Shown here: piece after piece, positions 63,272 to 64,000 of the stretch
How the letters are laid out: each line of letters starts with the position of its first letter
Numbering within the stretch: the first letter of the stretch is position 1
DNA from: Octopus sinensis
Taxonomy: Eukaryota
Length of the DNA stretch: 64,000 nucleotides
Direction of reading: 5' to 3'
NCBI RefSeq assembly: GCF_006345805.1
Contig: NC_043003.1
Coordinates: 21,142,001-21,206,000, forward strand
The notes under the pieces: generated by a model
Told to the model about the DNA's origin: nothing
Database searches by the model: none
Seen by the model: only the letters and a program-made list of their open reading frames with translations
Position numbers and translations under genes: made by a program

Positions 63272-63835
63272 TATTTCATTTCTCCATCAGATGACAACAC
63301 ACAAGCTCTAGTCTTCTCATTGGTCTTTGCAATGGCAAGAACTAGTTCTTTTGGAATGCCAAATGCTCAAAGGATTTTCAACATTTTGTAGCGATGCATG
63401 CTGTGAAATGCTTTGCTGAAGTCCACAAAGGTTATAATGGCTGATAGTTGTCTTGATTTAACTCCTGTGATATGCCTCAGGGCTAAGATTTGAAATGTTG
63501 TGGATCTCCTTGGTCTAAATCCGTGTTGATTTGGTCTCAGATGGCTATCAAGCACCTATCGAATCTTGTTGAAGATCATTCGGTTGATGACTTTGAGTGA
63601 GATATTGGACAGTGCAATTCCTCTTTAGTTAATCTCACTGCTGAGGTTTCTGACTTTGGGATTGGCATCAAGTCAATCTTGAACCACTGATCTGGACTTT
63701 CTAGGTTCTGCAAGAGCTTACTCACAAAATTCAGCATTATTTCATCCAGACTGCACCTCTTGGTAACGTCAAGGAGAATTCCATCAGGGCCAGCAGCTTT
63801 TCCCTCTTTCAATCTGTTCTTGGCACTCTGAATTC
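63272..63835 (-). mobile_element. RTE/RTEX-like LINE RT, inverted 5' segment
   Basis: KEGKAAGPDGI..., LRPNQHGFRPRRSTTFQILALR, FVDFSKAFHSMHR.KMLKIL, then GIPKELV...VLSSDGEM. Confidence 0.85.
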
Positions 63836-64000
63836 TTTCAAATACTAGCTGGGGTGCTACAAGGAGATACACTTGCACCTTACCTGTTTGTAATTATATT
63901 GGATTATGCAATGCCGCAGTGACTATGACCTAGGTTTCATCATAGACCAGCGAAGATCATGGATAGTACCAGCAGTAACCATCACAGACCTAAACTTTGC
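63830..64000 (+). mobile_element. RTE/RTEX-like LINE RT, sense 3' segment (runs off the window)
   Basis: EFFQILAGVLQGDTLAPYLFVIILDYAM followed, after a frameshift, by ITDLNFA leading into the expected ADD motif. Confidence 0.85.

Overview
AT-rich, microsatellite-dense, repeat-dominated eukaryotic DNA. The SINE families and repeat style point to an Octopus (coleoid cephalopod) genome; this is inferred from recalled repeat consensus sequences, not from a search. The one well-supported host gene is a fatty-acid amide hydrolase (FAAH/amidase-signature) gene on the minus strand. I reconstructed seven coding exons with GT-AG boundaries and consistent phases (15909-15682, 11539-11426, 10148-10092, 8181-8092, 5695-5621, 2097-2036, 1244-1038); the gene continues beyond position 1. 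Its Lys/Ser/Ser triad is intact, but the conserved GGSIR Arg is a genomic His (CAC), one A-to-I edit away from Arg. A CpG-rich, His/Gln-rich ORF at 58081 may be the first exon of a second gene. The rest is mostly transposon debris: tRNA-derived SINEs; RTE, CR1, Tx1, R4/Dong and RTEX-like LINE fragments; maT, mariner, Merlin and piggyBac-like DNA elements and MITEs; and Helitron/Helentron-like elements. There is also a ~5.95 kb array of an 18-bp satellite. Other notable items are a CpG-decayed minimal Penelope-type hammerhead ribozyme about 1 kb upstream of FAAH, a twin-priming-style inverted LINE, and a Merlin-like MITE near a Merlin transposase relic. Repeat boundaries are approximate unless TIRs or TSDs are quoted. 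SINE copies are listed selectively.
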